Positions 9,535 through 20,272 of a stretch of 64,000 bases of DNA are shown here, one piece after another. The notes under the pieces were generated by a model. It ran no database searches, was not told where the DNA came from, and saw only the letters and a list, made by a program, of their open reading frames with translations. The stretch lies in NCBI GenBank assembly GCA_050951805.1, contig JBMNJT010000008.1, positions 96,001 to 160,000 on the forward strand, given 5' to 3'. Position numbers and translations under genes: made by a program. The stretch comes from Bacillota bacterium (GTDB taxonomy: Bacteria; Bacillota; DTU025). Numbering within the stretch: the first letter of the stretch is position 1; the number at the start of each line of letters is the position of its first letter.

Positions 9535-10320
9535 ATGGAAGAATACGAGCAAAACGCGCTTTCGAGCACGCGTCATGTCATTGGAGTAATGAGCGGAAAG
9601 GGTGGAGTGGGCAAGTCGTCGGTAACGGCTCTTACCGCGGTCGCGCTGGCCCGAATGGGATACAAAGTAGGCGTAATGGACGCAGACATTACCGGCCCTA
9701 GCATACCCAAGATGTTCGGTGTTCATGGCAAACTTGATTCTGCGGAGACAGGGCTCTTTCCGGCGCAAACAGAGAGGCTGGGGATTAGGATAGTCTCCCT
9801 CAACTTGCTTTTGGACAGGGAAGACAGGCCAGTAGTATGGCGCGGTCCTCTTCTTGCCGGAGCAGTAAGGCAGTTTTGGACAGACGTTAGCTGGGGTGAT
9901 CTCGATTTCATGATAATCGACCTTCCACCGGGAACGGGCGACATTCCGCTTTCAGTCATGCAGTCGATACCGGTCGAGGGGCTGATAACGGTTTCATCCC
10001 CGCAGGACGTAGCGGCTCTCGTCGTTCGCAAAGCGGTGAACATGGCCGAGATGATGGACAAACCCATAATCGGGCTTATCGAGAACATGAGCTACATCAA
10101 GTGCCCTGGATGCGGCGAAACGATGTATCCCTTTGGGAAGCCGGCAGGCGCTGGATTTGCCTCTGAAATGGGAATTCCGTTCATCGGGGAAATGCCTATC
10201 GATCCCGCTCTATCTGAAGCAGCCGATAGGGGCGAAATCGAGATGTATGAGAGTCCAATCATGCAGGGGATCGCCGAAGCTGTTGTACGGCACGTACAAG
10301 CGAGTGCGCAAGAAGAGTAG
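9535..10320 (+). CDS. mrp: Mrp/NBP35 Fe-S cluster carrier ATPase
   Basis: SGKGGVGKS, DADITGPS, VVWRGP, DLPPGTGD, ENMSYIKCPGC. Confidence 0.92.
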   Translation: MEEYEQNALSSTRHVIGVMSGKGGVGKSSVTALTAVALARMGYKVGVMDADITGPSIPKMFGVHGKLDSAETGLFPAQTERLGIRIVSLNLLLDREDRPVVWRGPLLAGAVRQFWTDVSWGDLDFMIIDLPPGTGDIPLSVMQSIPVEGLITVSSPQDVAALVVRKAVNMAEMMDKPIIGLIENMSYIKCPGCGETMYPFGKPAGAGFASEMGIPFIGEMPIDPALSEAADRGEIEMYESPIMQGIAEAVVRHVQASAQEE

Positions 10321-10418
10321 CGCGTCGGCGCTGCGCGAGAGAGATTCACACAAGTTTCTCTTGAAAAGGGAGAGTGAAGCAGGGCGGTCTGCAAAGATAG
10401 CCCTGCTTCTTGGATCAA

Positions 10419-13298
10419 TCAAAATATGCTTGCAACCTTTCCAGCTTCGCCCGACAGAATCTGGTTCGGATTGGAAGGCGCCGATGTCCTGCCGTCCTTG
10501 AGAATGTAGGCTCGGTCCGCAACTGAAAGAGCGGCCTTCGCGTTCTGCTCCACCAGAAGAACCGCGGTTCCAGCCCGGTTTATCTCGGCAATGGCCTCCA
10601 TAACCCTTTCCACCATTATAGGTGCTAGCCCCATGGAGGGTTCATCCATGCATATGAGGCGGGGAGATGTGACGAGAGCCCTTGCAATGGCCAGCATCTG
10701 TTGTTCGCCCCCGGACAGGGTTCCGGCGAGCTGTGATCTCCTGTCTGCCAGGACAGGAAAGAGGGAGAGCGCTCGGTCGATGCCTTCCCGGGCCCCTTCC
10801 GGGTCTCCTAAGGCATCAGCCGCCACTTCCAGGTTCTCCATCACCGTGAGTTCCTGAAAGACCCTTCGTCCTTCCGGCACAACTCCCATGCCCATCCTGA
10901 TGATCTCGTTGGTTTCCCGTCCGTCTATCCGCTCGCCCATGAACCGGATCTCCCCCCGAGTGGGGCGGAGCCTTCCTGCAATAGTCTTTAGCAGGGTGCT
11001 CTTGCCTGCAGCGTTCACTCCTAAAAGCGCCACTGCTTCGCCGGGATTGACGTAGAGGTTTGCACCCTGCAGGACCACTGCGGGGCCGTATGATGAATTG
11101 ACATCTATCAGCTCGAGGAGGGGCGTGGGAAGCCCCGACGTAGCAGCTGACGACGTCGACATGGCATTCGATGCCAAGCTTTGAGCCGGCTTTCGATCTG
11201 GCGCCGCGGAACTGCCAAAGTAGGCGCGGATGACCTCCTGATCCTTTGCCACTTCGCTGCATGAACCTTCAGCTATCTTTTCGCCGTGGTCCAGAACAAT
11301 CACCCTATCGCACGCCGACGCGATCAGGTCCATGTGATGCTCGATAACGACGATGGTGTAGCCGCGGTCCCGAAGCGCCACGATCTCTCTCGCCATCGCC
11401 GCGATCTCCTCCGACGTCATCCCGGCGGCAGGTTCGTCGAGGAGGATGAACTTCGCACCTGTGGCCAGCGCTCGGGCCATCTCCACTCGGCGTTTGTCGG
11501 GGTATGAAAGCTCTGCAACGATGTCAGATTCCCGCTTCTCGAGGCCGCAATCCATGTCCGAAAGGATGTGCCTTACGCACAAGATGTCCTCCTCTTCCTT
11601 GCGAACATGGGACTTTGTCCTGAAAAGCACCTCCCAAAGGTGTGCGTCTTGCTTCAGGTGGCGTCCGGCGAGGACGTTCTCGAGGACGGTTTGTGTTTCA
11701 TAAAGCCTTATATTCTGAAACGTCCGCGCCGCTCCCATCGCTGCCACTTCGTGCGGGGATTTGCCTACGATCGATTGCCCGTACAGTCTGATGTCGCCCG
11801 CACTTGGGTTCGCAAGGCCTGTAATCAGGTTGAAAAGGGTCGTTTTACCCGCTCCGTTGGGACCGATTATCCCGAGGATTTCGCCGCGCTTGACCGTGAA
11901 ACTCACATCCGAAAGAGCCTGCACTCCCCCGAAACGGCAGCTTAACCCCGTAACCTCGAGAACTGTGGCTTGCCCTGGCGACGCCGATGTGCTCGCGCTG
12001 CGGATAGCTTCCGGCTCGCCGCCATTATCGGGTATGGGGCAGGATGAAGCAGACACGGCATCATCTGTTGTTCTTTCGGCAAGACCTGCGTTCGCATTTG
12101 TGCCCAGACATATACCTGGGCCAGGGTGTGCGCCATGTGCTCGGGTCGGGTCGACCCCGACCAGTCTTTCGCCTGTGGCGATCAAGCCTTGGGGGCGGAA
12201 GATCGCGAGCAGTACCAGGGCGAAGCCGTATATGAGCATCCGATAGACGCTGTATGCGCGAAGAACCTCGGGCAGCACCTGAAGAAGCAGCACTCCCAGC
12301 ATTATCCCTGGCACGCTTCGAGTCCCGCCCAGCACGAGCATGCAGTAGAGGGCGATGGTCTCGCTCATAGTGAAATTCTGAGGAAAGACCGCCCCCTGCC
12401 AGGAAGCAAAGAGTGCTCCGGCAAGTCCGGCGATTGCTGCAGCGCCTGCGAAGGCCGACACTCGGTATTTCCTCACGTTCACGCCCATGCATTCCGCGGC
12501 AGTCTCGTTCTCACGCAGCGCATTCCATGCCCGGCCCACCTTGGAACCTGCGAGCCTCGATACGCCTATCAGCACCGCCGCGGCGAAAATCCAGATGAGA
12601 ATGTATTGCGATTCCATTGACGCTAAAGACGAGCCGAAGATGTGCGGCGGATCTATTGCGACTATCCCGTTTGGGCCGCCTGTGATGTTGATAGGGCGAT
12701 CCATGTTGTTCAGGAGTATACGGACTATCTGGCCGAACCCCAAGGTAACCATAGCCAGGTAGTCACCGTGAAGACGAAGGGTCGGCAGGCTCACGGCAAA
12801 TGCCGCGATCACCGCCGCCGCCACAGATGCCGCGGCTGCCACGAAAAAGGGCATGTGTATCCCGAACTGGGGGGATGCGAGCAGCGCGTATACATATGCT
12901 CCGATCCCGTAGAATCCCGCATAGCCCAGATCGAGGAGGCCTGCCTGTCCCGCCACGATGGAAAGCCCCGCTGCCAGCATCAGGTATATGCCGACAGACC
13001 CTCCCGCACGCATCAGGTAGTAGTTCTTCGTTATCAAGGGGACGGGCAAGAGAACGGCATAGCCCAAGAAGACGAGGGCGCGCTCGATCGGGACGCGTCC
13101 GCTTTGCCACAGGCCCAACCGCTCCAAAAGTCCGATTCGAAGCCGTCCGCCGGCGAGATTGGGCCCATCGGCTGCCTTGGCGGAATTTGACGCCCGAGTG
13201 GCCGCTTCCGGTGCCACCTGCGCCTGCTCGGCTTCTGTTTGCCGGAGCGATGCGCTGTGGGGGTGCTTTTCAGTGGTATTCACGCATTCATTGGACAT
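10419..13298 (-). CDS. Fused Liv-type ABC permease (LivM) + two ATPase domains (LivG, LivF)
   Basis: LLDLGYAGFYGIG/DYLAMVTLGFG permease, then GPNGAGKT..LLDEPAAG and GVNAAGKS..LSGGEQQML..MDEPS in one 959-aa ORF. Confidence 0.88.
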   Translation of the reverse strand: MSNECVNTTEKHPHSASLRQTEAEQAQVAPEAATRASNSAKAADGPNLAGGRLRIGLLERLGLWQSGRVPIERALVFLGYAVLLPVPLITKNYYLMRAGGSVGIYLMLAAGLSIVAGQAGLLDLGYAGFYGIGAYVYALLASPQFGIHMPFFVAAAASVAAAVIAAFAVSLPTLRLHGDYLAMVTLGFGQIVRILLNNMDRPINITGGPNGIVAIDPPHIFGSSLASMESQYILIWIFAAAVLIGVSRLAGSKVGRAWNALRENETAAECMGVNVRKYRVSAFAGAAAIAGLAGALFASWQGAVFPQNFTMSETIALYCMLVLGGTRSVPGIMLGVLLLQVLPEVLRAYSVYRMLIYGFALVLLAIFRPQGLIATGERLVGVDPTRAHGAHPGPGICLGTNANAGLAERTTDDAVSASSCPIPDNGGEPEAIRSASTSASPGQATVLEVTGLSCRFGGVQALSDVSFTVKRGEILGIIGPNGAGKTTLFNLITGLANPSAGDIRLYGQSIVGKSPHEVAAMGAARTFQNIRLYETQTVLENVLAGRHLKQDAHLWEVLFRTKSHVRKEEEDILCVRHILSDMDCGLEKRESDIVAELSYPDKRRVEMARALATGAKFILLDEPAAGMTSEEIAAMAREIVALRDRGYTIVVIEHHMDLIASACDRVIVLDHGEKIAEGSCSEVAKDQEVIRAYFGSSAAPDRKPAQSLASNAMSTSSAATSGLPTPLLELIDVNSSYGPAVVLQGANLYVNPGEAVALLGVNAAGKSTLLKTIAGRLRPTRGEIRFMGERIDGRETNEIIRMGMGVVPEGRRVFQELTVMENLEVAADALGDPEGAREGIDRALSLFPVLADRRSQLAGTLSGGEQQMLAIARALVTSPRLICMDEPSMGLAPIMVERVMEAIAEINRAGTAVLLVEQNAKAALSVADRAYILKDGRTSAPSNPNQILSGEAGKVASIF

Positions 13299-13367
13299 CG
13301 GCTATGCCGCCTTTCAGATTAGTGATTGTATACCGTTGCCTCATCGGTTGGCCATCGTGCTTGCTCC

Positions 13368-14303
13368 TCACGCCCTGGCTTGCTGGGGTTTACCGTAGAG
13401 TCCGTGGGGGCGGAGGATGAGGGTGAGTATTAGCACAGCAAAGACGATGGCGTCTTTGTAGACCGGGGGCGCGATCAGCACCCCGAAGCTTTCCGCCAGC
13501 CCGAGCAGGAGTCCTCCTACTACAGCTCCACGGAAGCTCCCTATCCCCCCCAATACTGCCGCGGTGAAGGCCTTCATTCCTGCCGAAAACCCGATCATGA
13601 AATCTACTTGGGTGTAATACAGGCCTATCATCACCCCCGCCAGCCCCGCTAGGGCCGAGCCGAGCATGAATGTGGCGGATATAACCAGCGACGTTCGGAT
13701 TCCCATGTATTCCGCCGCCTCCGCGTCTTGGCTCGTCGCTCGCATCGCCCGGCCGAACTTAGTCTTCAGCACCACGGCATCGAGGATGACCATGGCCAGG
13801 ATGGACGTGCCCAACATGGCGAGGCGTGTCGCAGAGATGGCCGCGCCTGCGACGTGGACGACCATGTCCTGTGGGATCAAGAGCTCAGTCGGGAAAGTCT
13901 TGGCCCTCCCAGACGTGAGGAGCATCGCTGCGTTCTCAAGAATGATGGAAACGCCAAGGGCTGAGATGAGGGGGGCGAGGCGAGAACCGCCCCGGAGCGG
14001 CCTATAAGCGAACCGTTCAATTGCCGCGCCGAGAAGAGCGGTCGCGACTATAGCCCCCAGCGCCATCGCAGCCAGAGCCAGAGCGGGCATGGCTATGAGC
14101 CCATTCTGTTCGAAGAGGGAGAGGACTGCCCAGCCCGCGAAGGCCCCGACCATGAAGACGTCACCGTGGGCGAAGTTGAGCATCTTCAAAACCCCGTAAA
14201 CCATGGAGTAGCCCAGGGCGAGGAGGGCGTATACACTCCCGAGCGTGACCCCGTTTACTATCTGTTGCGGAACTTGAGCCAGAAACTGTTCCATGAAATT
14301 CAC
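13368..14303 (-). CDS. livH: Liv-type ABC permease (LivH)
   Basis: GSVYALLALGYSMVYG..NFAHG, KAFTAAVLGGIG; start may be ATG 14294. Confidence 0.88.
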   Translation of the reverse strand: MNFMEQFLAQVPQQIVNGVTLGSVYALLALGYSMVYGVLKMLNFAHGDVFMVGAFAGWAVLSLFEQNGLIAMPALALAAMALGAIVATALLGAAIERFAYRPLRGGSRLAPLISALGVSIILENAAMLLTSGRAKTFPTELLIPQDMVVHVAGAAISATRLAMLGTSILAMVILDAVVLKTKFGRAMRATSQDAEAAEYMGIRTSLVISATFMLGSALAGLAGVMIGLYYTQVDFMIGFSAGMKAFTAAVLGGIGSFRGAVVGGLLLGLAESFGVLIAPPVYKDAIVFAVLILTLILRPHGLYGKPQQARA

Positions 14304-14382
14304 CTCAATTGAGCTTTGCGGACGCCGCGTTTTACGGAATTGGGCCCTTGGGCTAACCTTTAAGGACGAGCGTGGCGCCGGC

Positions 14383-15573
14383 CTACTTGGCTCGCACCGT
14401 CGCAGGGTATTCCTTCACAGGCACGAACTCTTTGCCCTTCACCTGATAGACGAAGATGCTGGCTCCCACCACATCGCCTTTTGAGTCGAAACTTATCGGG
14501 AATCCGAGGATGCCCTTGTAGCCGCGGGTCTTGCCCAGCGCTGCGAGGACATTGGCCCGGGTTATCTTCATCGGGTCGGAATGGGCTCGCCTGGCCGCAT
14601 CTATCAGAATATTGGCGGCCTCGTACGATTGCCCGCCGAAGACGCTCAGGGCCCCGTATTTCGACTCGAACTTCCGGATGAAGTTGCGGGCTTCAGGAAC
14701 CTCCCTGATGTCTCGGCCTATGGAGGTGACATACATTCCTTCGGCAAGCCCTGCTGCGCCGTCGATCAGCTGGTCCTTCTCTTTTAGCCCGTCGCCGCCC
14801 ATAAATACCGGCTTGAGTCCGAGGCCCGCGGCTTGTTTGATCAAGCTAGCCGCCTGTGCGGGGTTGGCCAAGCCGAGGTAGACCAAATCGGGCGCGGATG
14901 ATTTGACCCGGGTGAGGATGGGGGAGAAGTCCCTGTCCTCCATGGATATCTGCCCTCGGAGAACCCTAACGCCTGCAGCCTTGAGGGCCGGTTCCACTTG
15001 GTCTGAAAGGCCTTGGCCGTAGGTGGTCTTGTCATCTATGATGTATACCGTCTTTGCCTTTAGGACTTCTATTATGAAGCGGGCTGAAGCCGGCCCCTGA
15101 GCATCGTCGCGCGGACAGATCCTGTGCATCACCGTGTAGCCCATCTCAGTCAAGTCGGGATTCGTTGCCGACTGGCTTATGACGGCAAGGCCTGCTCTCT
15201 GATACGTTGGGAGGGCTGCCTGGGCGGTGGCGCTGTTCATGGGCCCGATAACACCGATGACTGAACGGTCCATCGCGAGTTTTTCCGCTACCAGAATCGC
15301 CTTGGACGGGTCCGCTGCATCGTCTGCCTCCACTATCTCGATTTTGCGCCCCCCGATTCCGCCTGCTGCATTCGCCTCATCCACGGCCATCCTTATGGCG
15401 TTCAATCCGTCAAGCCCGATCTTGGACACATCGCCGGTGTAAGGCCCTGCAGCCCCTATCTTGATGGGAGTGAGCTTTGCCGATCGGCCCAGCCCTGTTG
15501 CGGCTGTAAGCAACAGTGCCGCCGCCACGGCAAGGCAGATGATCTTCATTTTGCCTCTAGAACTCTTAATCAT
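14383..15573 (-). CDS. Liv-type ABC substrate-binding protein (probably Trp/aromatic amino acid)
   Basis: Signal peptide, IKIGAAGPYTG, DDKTTYGQGL; RBS AAGGAGG before ATG 15573. Confidence 0.85.
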   Translation of the reverse strand: MIKSSRGKMKIICLAVAAALLLTAATGLGRSAKLTPIKIGAAGPYTGDVSKIGLDGLNAIRMAVDEANAAGGIGGRKIEIVEADDAADPSKAILVAEKLAMDRSVIGVIGPMNSATAQAALPTYQRAGLAVISQSATNPDLTEMGYTVMHRICPRDDAQGPASARFIIEVLKAKTVYIIDDKTTYGQGLSDQVEPALKAAGVRVLRGQISMEDRDFSPILTRVKSSAPDLVYLGLANPAQAASLIKQAAGLGLKPVFMGGDGLKEKDQLIDGAAGLAEGMYVTSIGRDIREVPEARNFIRKFESKYGALSVFGGQSYEAANILIDAARRAHSDPMKITRANVLAALGKTRGYKGILGFPISFDSKGDVVGASIFVYQVKGKEFVPVKEYPATVRAK

Positions 15574-15725
15574 GGTAGTGGCCTCCTTTTTCCTGCTTGA
15601 CTGGTCAGTTGGATGAAAGCCGATGCTGTCGCACCTTTCAGCCTGGCCACGCGGCCAGGGCCAGAGGGCTGCGCTCGGGGACAACCACATTGAGAGCCGC
15701 GATGCCTCGGGCTTCGACGGTACGC

Positions 15726-16012
15726 AAAAAAGCCCGTCCGCCAAGGGACGAGCTCAAATCTCGTGGTGCCACCCTAATTGGATAGGATAACCTATCCCAC
15801 TTATCCAGGGCGCGGCCTCCATCTCGGTGAAGGCGATGCCCCTGCCCGATAACGGGGGCTTCCGGCTCAGCCTACTAGGCTCCACGCACGCATTGTGCGC
15901 CTTTCGGCCTGCGACTCCGGGGCCCACTCGCCACATCCTTCCCGCAGGGCTTTCACTCTCCCCCGCTCGCTATGGGATGGTTTTTCTGCGGCGATCTTCC
16001 CCATCAAAGTCT
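15726..16012 (-). ncRNA. T-box riboswitch, predicted tRNA-Trp specificity
   Basis: Stem I with GA motif, AGCGAG and GTGAAAG loops, specifier TGG at 15926-15924; T-box AATTAGGGTGGCACCACG (15779-15762); terminator GCTCGTCCCTTGGCGGACGGGC-T6. Confidence 0.9.
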
Positions 16013-16042
16013 TTTCATCCACACATGATTCAGTTTCGTACT

Positions 16043-16071
16043 ATTTAACACCAGAGGAGTAGAGTTGTCAA
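16043..16071 (-). promoter_or_regulatory. Promoter of T-box leader
   Basis: Perfect TTGACA (16071-16066), 17 bp, TTAAAT. Confidence 0.55.
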
Positions 16072-16149
16072 GAGGCAGTTTCTTGCCCCGAGTGGAGTCC
16101 CGATGGAAGCATACCGATGCAACTGGTTCTAGACCAATCGGTGTTATGC

Positions 16150-16443
16150 CAGGATGTAGTAGGCGTGAACGCGGCCTATCGAGGGTACGCCATAACGGGC
16201 AGGTTGATTTGGAGCGTGGCGTGTTACAGATACGACGGCCATGATCCTGGCGCCCTCTGGAAAACGAAATCGAGCTCCAATCCCGTGCCGCACCTGAGGC
16301 CGGGGATGGACAGGGATCTGGTTGGCAACAGAGTAGAATTCATGGAAGGTCGGCATTATCTCCTGCATGTGCGCCTCATACGTTTCAACTCTTCTATCGA
16401 AGAACTTGGCCATTTGCTCAAAGCCGTTGTGTCCATCACTCAT
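16150..16443 (-). pseudogene. Decayed class I SAM-dependent methyltransferase
   Basis: Good RBS and N-terminus FEQMAKFFDRRVETYEAHM, then a frameshifted, degenerate motif I (LRCGTGLELDFVF). Confidence 0.55.
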
Positions 16444-17047
16444 GGCCCATGTCCTCCCTTCATAATACGGAGCTCTAACGAAATCAGACAGGGCAGCGAG
16501 GAGAGTTCGTGTTCGGCAAAGTAAAGACTGAGGATAAAAAGTCACGCGACGAACGCGCTCAGCCCGTATGGCGTTGTCGGTGCCTCTAACTCTGGCATAG
16601 ACACGCCCTGGCCCGCAGGGGCCTGACATGTTCCTTTCGAAGTAAGTTTTCCCCCGTCGATTCTGCCATTGGCTCTGGCTACTGCCTATAGCGCACCATA
16701 GTCGACGGAGCGTTTCGAGCCGCCAGCAGGTCGCTCTGCCATGGATTCCAGCTTCAGGACGATGCGCCGGCGTTCTGCACTGTAAATGCCAATAAGAAGG
16801 ACTTGCGAGGCCCTGAAAAGAATCAATCTATTTGTTGCCTGGCGCTGCCAGTTCAGTTCGGCTAGCTATACTGCCGAGCCAGTCGAAGATTGCGGCTCTT
16901 GTGCCCTGCTAGGCGGGAGCGTATGGCCTGAATACCCGCTGGGCGCGGGCGGCTGCCGTTGGAAGAAGACAGAGCGCGTTAGAACGGAAAAACGGATGCG
17001 AGGAGGAAAGCGGCGTCTGCAGCGGCAGCTGCCGGCGCAGAAGCGAC

Positions 17048-20000
17048 ATGGTCTATAGCCCCCCGATAGTTCGAACCAAATTCGTGCCGCCGTTACCAAG
17101 AAAGAAACTCTTGAACAGGCCTAAAATTATCGAGGCCCTTCAAGGCATTGCCTCCTACCGTGTAACTATTGTCCAGGCCGGCCCGGGATATGGGAAGAGC
17201 ACCGCTCTCGCGTCCTACCTCGCGCAAAATCGCACGCCTGCTGCATGGTACAGCGTCAGCGGCGAAGATGCTGACCCCAATGTCTTTATGGCCCATCTCA
17301 TCTGGTCCCTCCGCGCTTTGTGGCCCGCCATCGGGGGGCGGTCCTTGTCGATGCTGGAGGAACGATACGACGTTGTGGTGCGGCGCGATGCTATCGATCT
17401 TCTTGCAAACGATATCCTCGATATGATCGACGACGACTCTGTCATGGTCATCGATGATTACCACTTAGTGGGCGGGAATCCCGAAGTCAACGAACTTGTC
17501 GAACGCCTGATCAACACCGCTCCGCCTCACTTTCACGTTGTCCTTTCGACCAGGGAGCGCCCCTCCTTTGGTTCACTGGCCAGATGGCGCGTGAAAGGCG
17601 AAGCGCTGGAGATAACCGAGGCCGACCTGGCTTTCACCAACGAAGAGATATCCGCCTTGTTCACCGGAGTCTATGACTATTTGATCACCCCCCATCAGCT
17701 AACTGCGATATCCGAACGCACCGAAGGATGGATCATTGCCTTGGAGATGACGTGGCACGCTCTGCGCGAAGGAGCATCATTCGAAGACCTTATCACCAGG
17801 CCGGCCGCCTCGCTGACCAGCGTCTTCGACTACCTCGCCCAGGAGGTCCTCGTGAAACAGGCGCCCCATGTAGTGGAATTCCTCATTGACGTCTCAGTCC
17901 TTGACGAACTGGATCCGGCTATCTGCAACCACGTCTCGGGCAGGGACGACAGCGACAGCATCCTTGCCGGGTTGTCTTCCAGCGGACTCTTCGTCTACTC
18001 GACAAGATCAGGGGCGTACAGGTTCCACAACCTCCTCAGGGAACATCTGCGCCGGATCTGTCGGAAGGATCCAGGAAGGTGGGCGGCAGCGAACCAGAGG
18101 GCGGCCGATTACTATGGAGAAAGAGGCCAGAGCCTGCAGGCAGTGGATTGCCTGCTTGCAGCGGACGATTGGAACGCCGCGGCGCAACGCCTGTCGAACG
18201 TGGCGCCTGAACTTGTGACGAGTGGGAGATATGATGCTCTCGCTGCGAGGCTCAGCGATCTTCCCGGAATTGTCCTGGAGGCCTATCCTGACCTATTGGT
18301 TTACAGAGCTGACGTTTACAGGTTGACCAGCGACTACCAGAACGCCCTGTCATGGTATTCCATGGCCGATGAGATCTTTGCAGCCAAATCCGACAATACT
18401 GGAAGGGTGCGTGCTCTCAAGGGGAAAGCAATGATCTATCTCGATACAGTCCAGCCCGCAAAGAGCGAGGAACTGCTTTCGGAGGCTTTTGGACTCGTCG
18501 CTTCCGATGACAGGCTGGAACAGGCCGCCCTTCTCAGGATGATGGCTGAAACTAAGACAAATGAAGGTCAAATTCAGGCCGCTGTCGAATTCGCGCGCTC
18601 TGCCGAACAGCTGATAAACCAGGCAATGGAGGACGAACTGGACATAAGGGTTCACCTTCGAACCGGTAGGCTCTCGTCTGCCCTCGATTCCCTGCGCCGC
18701 AGGGTAGACAAGGAGAGCGGATCTTTCAGGCCTTCCCGGTCACACAGAGAAACACAGCTCCTTCTCTCGCTGATCTACTCACTCATAGGCGAAGGCGATG
18801 CCGCTCGCAGTTGCGCCGAGGCTGGAATAGCCCTCGGACGCGACCTCAAAGCTCCCTTTGTCGAAGCCGTAGGCTACATGCGCCTTGGTCATGCATGTTA
18901 TATAAGCCCGTATTTAGGCGCCCCTGATGCAGAGGAGTGCTACAGGCGGGCACTGGAGATTACGGATGAGATAGGGGTGGTTCGGGGACGGGCCGAACCC
19001 CTCATGGGCCTTGCGTTGCTCCATGCCGCAAGGGGCGAGGCGGCGCTGGCAGAGACAGAAGCCCGGGAAGCGATGGAGATATGCCAGGCAGCCGGCGATG
19101 AATGGCTTGCCGGATTCGTTCAGCTCGGCGTGGGTTCGGGCTTGGCCTCGTCAGGCAATGACCTGCAGGCCCGCGCCTGGCTGGAAACGGCCGATGAAAC
19201 ATTTGCAAGGTGTGGCGATGAATACTGCGCAACTGTCTGCAGCATGTGGCTTGCAGTATTGGCCCTGCGCGGCCAGGAGAACGAGGAGCGTTTGACGGGG
19301 ATCCTTGAGATCCTTTTCAGAGATGTGAAATCCCACAGCTACGAGTTTCTCTTCACCAAGAGGACGCTTTTCGGCCCGCCAGACTTGGGGGCGTTGGCGC
19401 CATTGCTCATAGAGGCGAGCCGCCTCGGCGTCGACAGGGAACACGTGGATTGGATCAGATCAGTGACTGGCCTTCCGGAACTGGAATACCATCCTGGTTA
19501 CACTCTTCACATTAGGACACTCGGCAGGTTTGCGCTCTATAGAGGCACAGAGGAGGTTTCCAACCGAGAGTGGCAAAGGGAGAAGGCGCGAAGCCTCTTC
19601 CAGCTGCTCGTAGTAAACAGAAAGGCATTCCTCCACAGGGACCGAATCCTCGATGCGCTCTGGCCCGGGCTCGATTCGGACATTGCTGCTAGGCACCTGA
19701 AAGTGGCCTTCAATACGATGCTCAACGTGCTCGAACCCGACAGGCCTCCGCGGCTCACTTCATTCTGTGTTACCCGCGAGGGGCCGCTCTATTGGCTTAA
19801 CCCGCACTCAGGATGTTGGGTGGATGCGGATGAATTCGAAAGCCTGACCATAAAAGCGAGGCGTCTCGCCGAGACCGACCCTGAGGCCGCCCGCGATCTT
19901 TATCGGAGCGCCCTCGACCTTTACCGAGGGGACTTTCTTCCTGAGTGTCTCTATGAGGACTGGGCGACGGTCGAGCGCGAACGGCTTTTGGCTCTGTATC

Positions 20001-20272
20001 TTCGCTCAGCTCAGAGCTTCGCAGGACTCCTGTTCTCAGGCGGCGAGACTGATGAATGCATCAACGTGTGTGAGCAGGTGATTGCGAAAGATGTATGTTG
20101 GGAGGAGGCCTATCGCCTCCTGATCCTCTGTTACCTTCAGCGGGGCAACAAGTCCATGGCACTCAGGGTGTATGAAAGGTGCGAGACGACGCTCAAAGAC
20201 GAAATGGGTGTAGGGCCTAGCCGCGACACCATGGCAATATTCCAGCGCGTCAGGATGATGCCTGAAAGGTGA
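17048..20272 (+). CDS. MalT-like STAND ATPase/TPR transcriptional regulator with C-terminal SARP (wHTH + BTAD) domain
   Basis: TKFVPP, AGPGYGKST, VIDDYH, TEGW, FDYLAQEV, YRFHNL; C-terminal IRTLGRF, LWP, VDADEFE, LYRGDFL, WEEAYR. Confidence 0.9.
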   Translation: MVYSPPIVRTKFVPPLPRKKLLNRPKIIEALQGIASYRVTIVQAGPGYGKSTALASYLAQNRTPAAWYSVSGEDADPNVFMAHLIWSLRALWPAIGGRSLSMLEERYDVVVRRDAIDLLANDILDMIDDDSVMVIDDYHLVGGNPEVNELVERLINTAPPHFHVVLSTRERPSFGSLARWRVKGEALEITEADLAFTNEEISALFTGVYDYLITPHQLTAISERTEGWIIALEMTWHALREGASFEDLITRPAASLTSVFDYLAQEVLVKQAPHVVEFLIDVSVLDELDPAICNHVSGRDDSDSILAGLSSSGLFVYSTRSGAYRFHNLLREHLRRICRKDPGRWAAANQRAADYYGERGQSLQAVDCLLAADDWNAAAQRLSNVAPELVTSGRYDALAARLSDLPGIVLEAYPDLLVYRADVYRLTSDYQNALSWYSMADEIFAAKSDNTGRVRALKGKAMIYLDTVQPAKSEELLSEAFGLVASDDRLEQAALLRMMAETKTNEGQIQAAVEFARSAEQLINQAMEDELDIRVHLRTGRLSSALDSLRRRVDKESGSFRPSRSHRETQLLLSLIYSLIGEGDAARSCAEAGIALGRDLKAPFVEAVGYMRLGHACYISPYLGAPDAEECYRRALEITDEIGVVRGRAEPLMGLALLHAARGEAALAETEAREAMEICQAAGDEWLAGFVQLGVGSGLASSGNDLQARAWLETADETFARCGDEYCATVCSMWLAVLALRGQENEERLTGILEILFRDVKSHSYEFLFTKRTLFGPPDLGALAPLLIEASRLGVDREHVDWIRSVTGLPELEYHPGYTLHIRTLGRFALYRGTEEVSNREWQREKARSLFQLLVVNRKAFLHRDRILDALWPGLDSDIAARHLKVAFNTMLNVLEPDRPPRLTSFCVTREGPLYWLNPHSGCWVDADEFESLTIKARRLAETDPEAARDLYRSALDLYRGDFLPECLYEDWATVERERLLALYLRSAQSFAGLLFSGGETDECINVCEQVIAKDVCWEEAYRLLILCYLQRGNKSMALRVYERCETTLKDEMGVGPSRDTMAIFQRVRMMPER

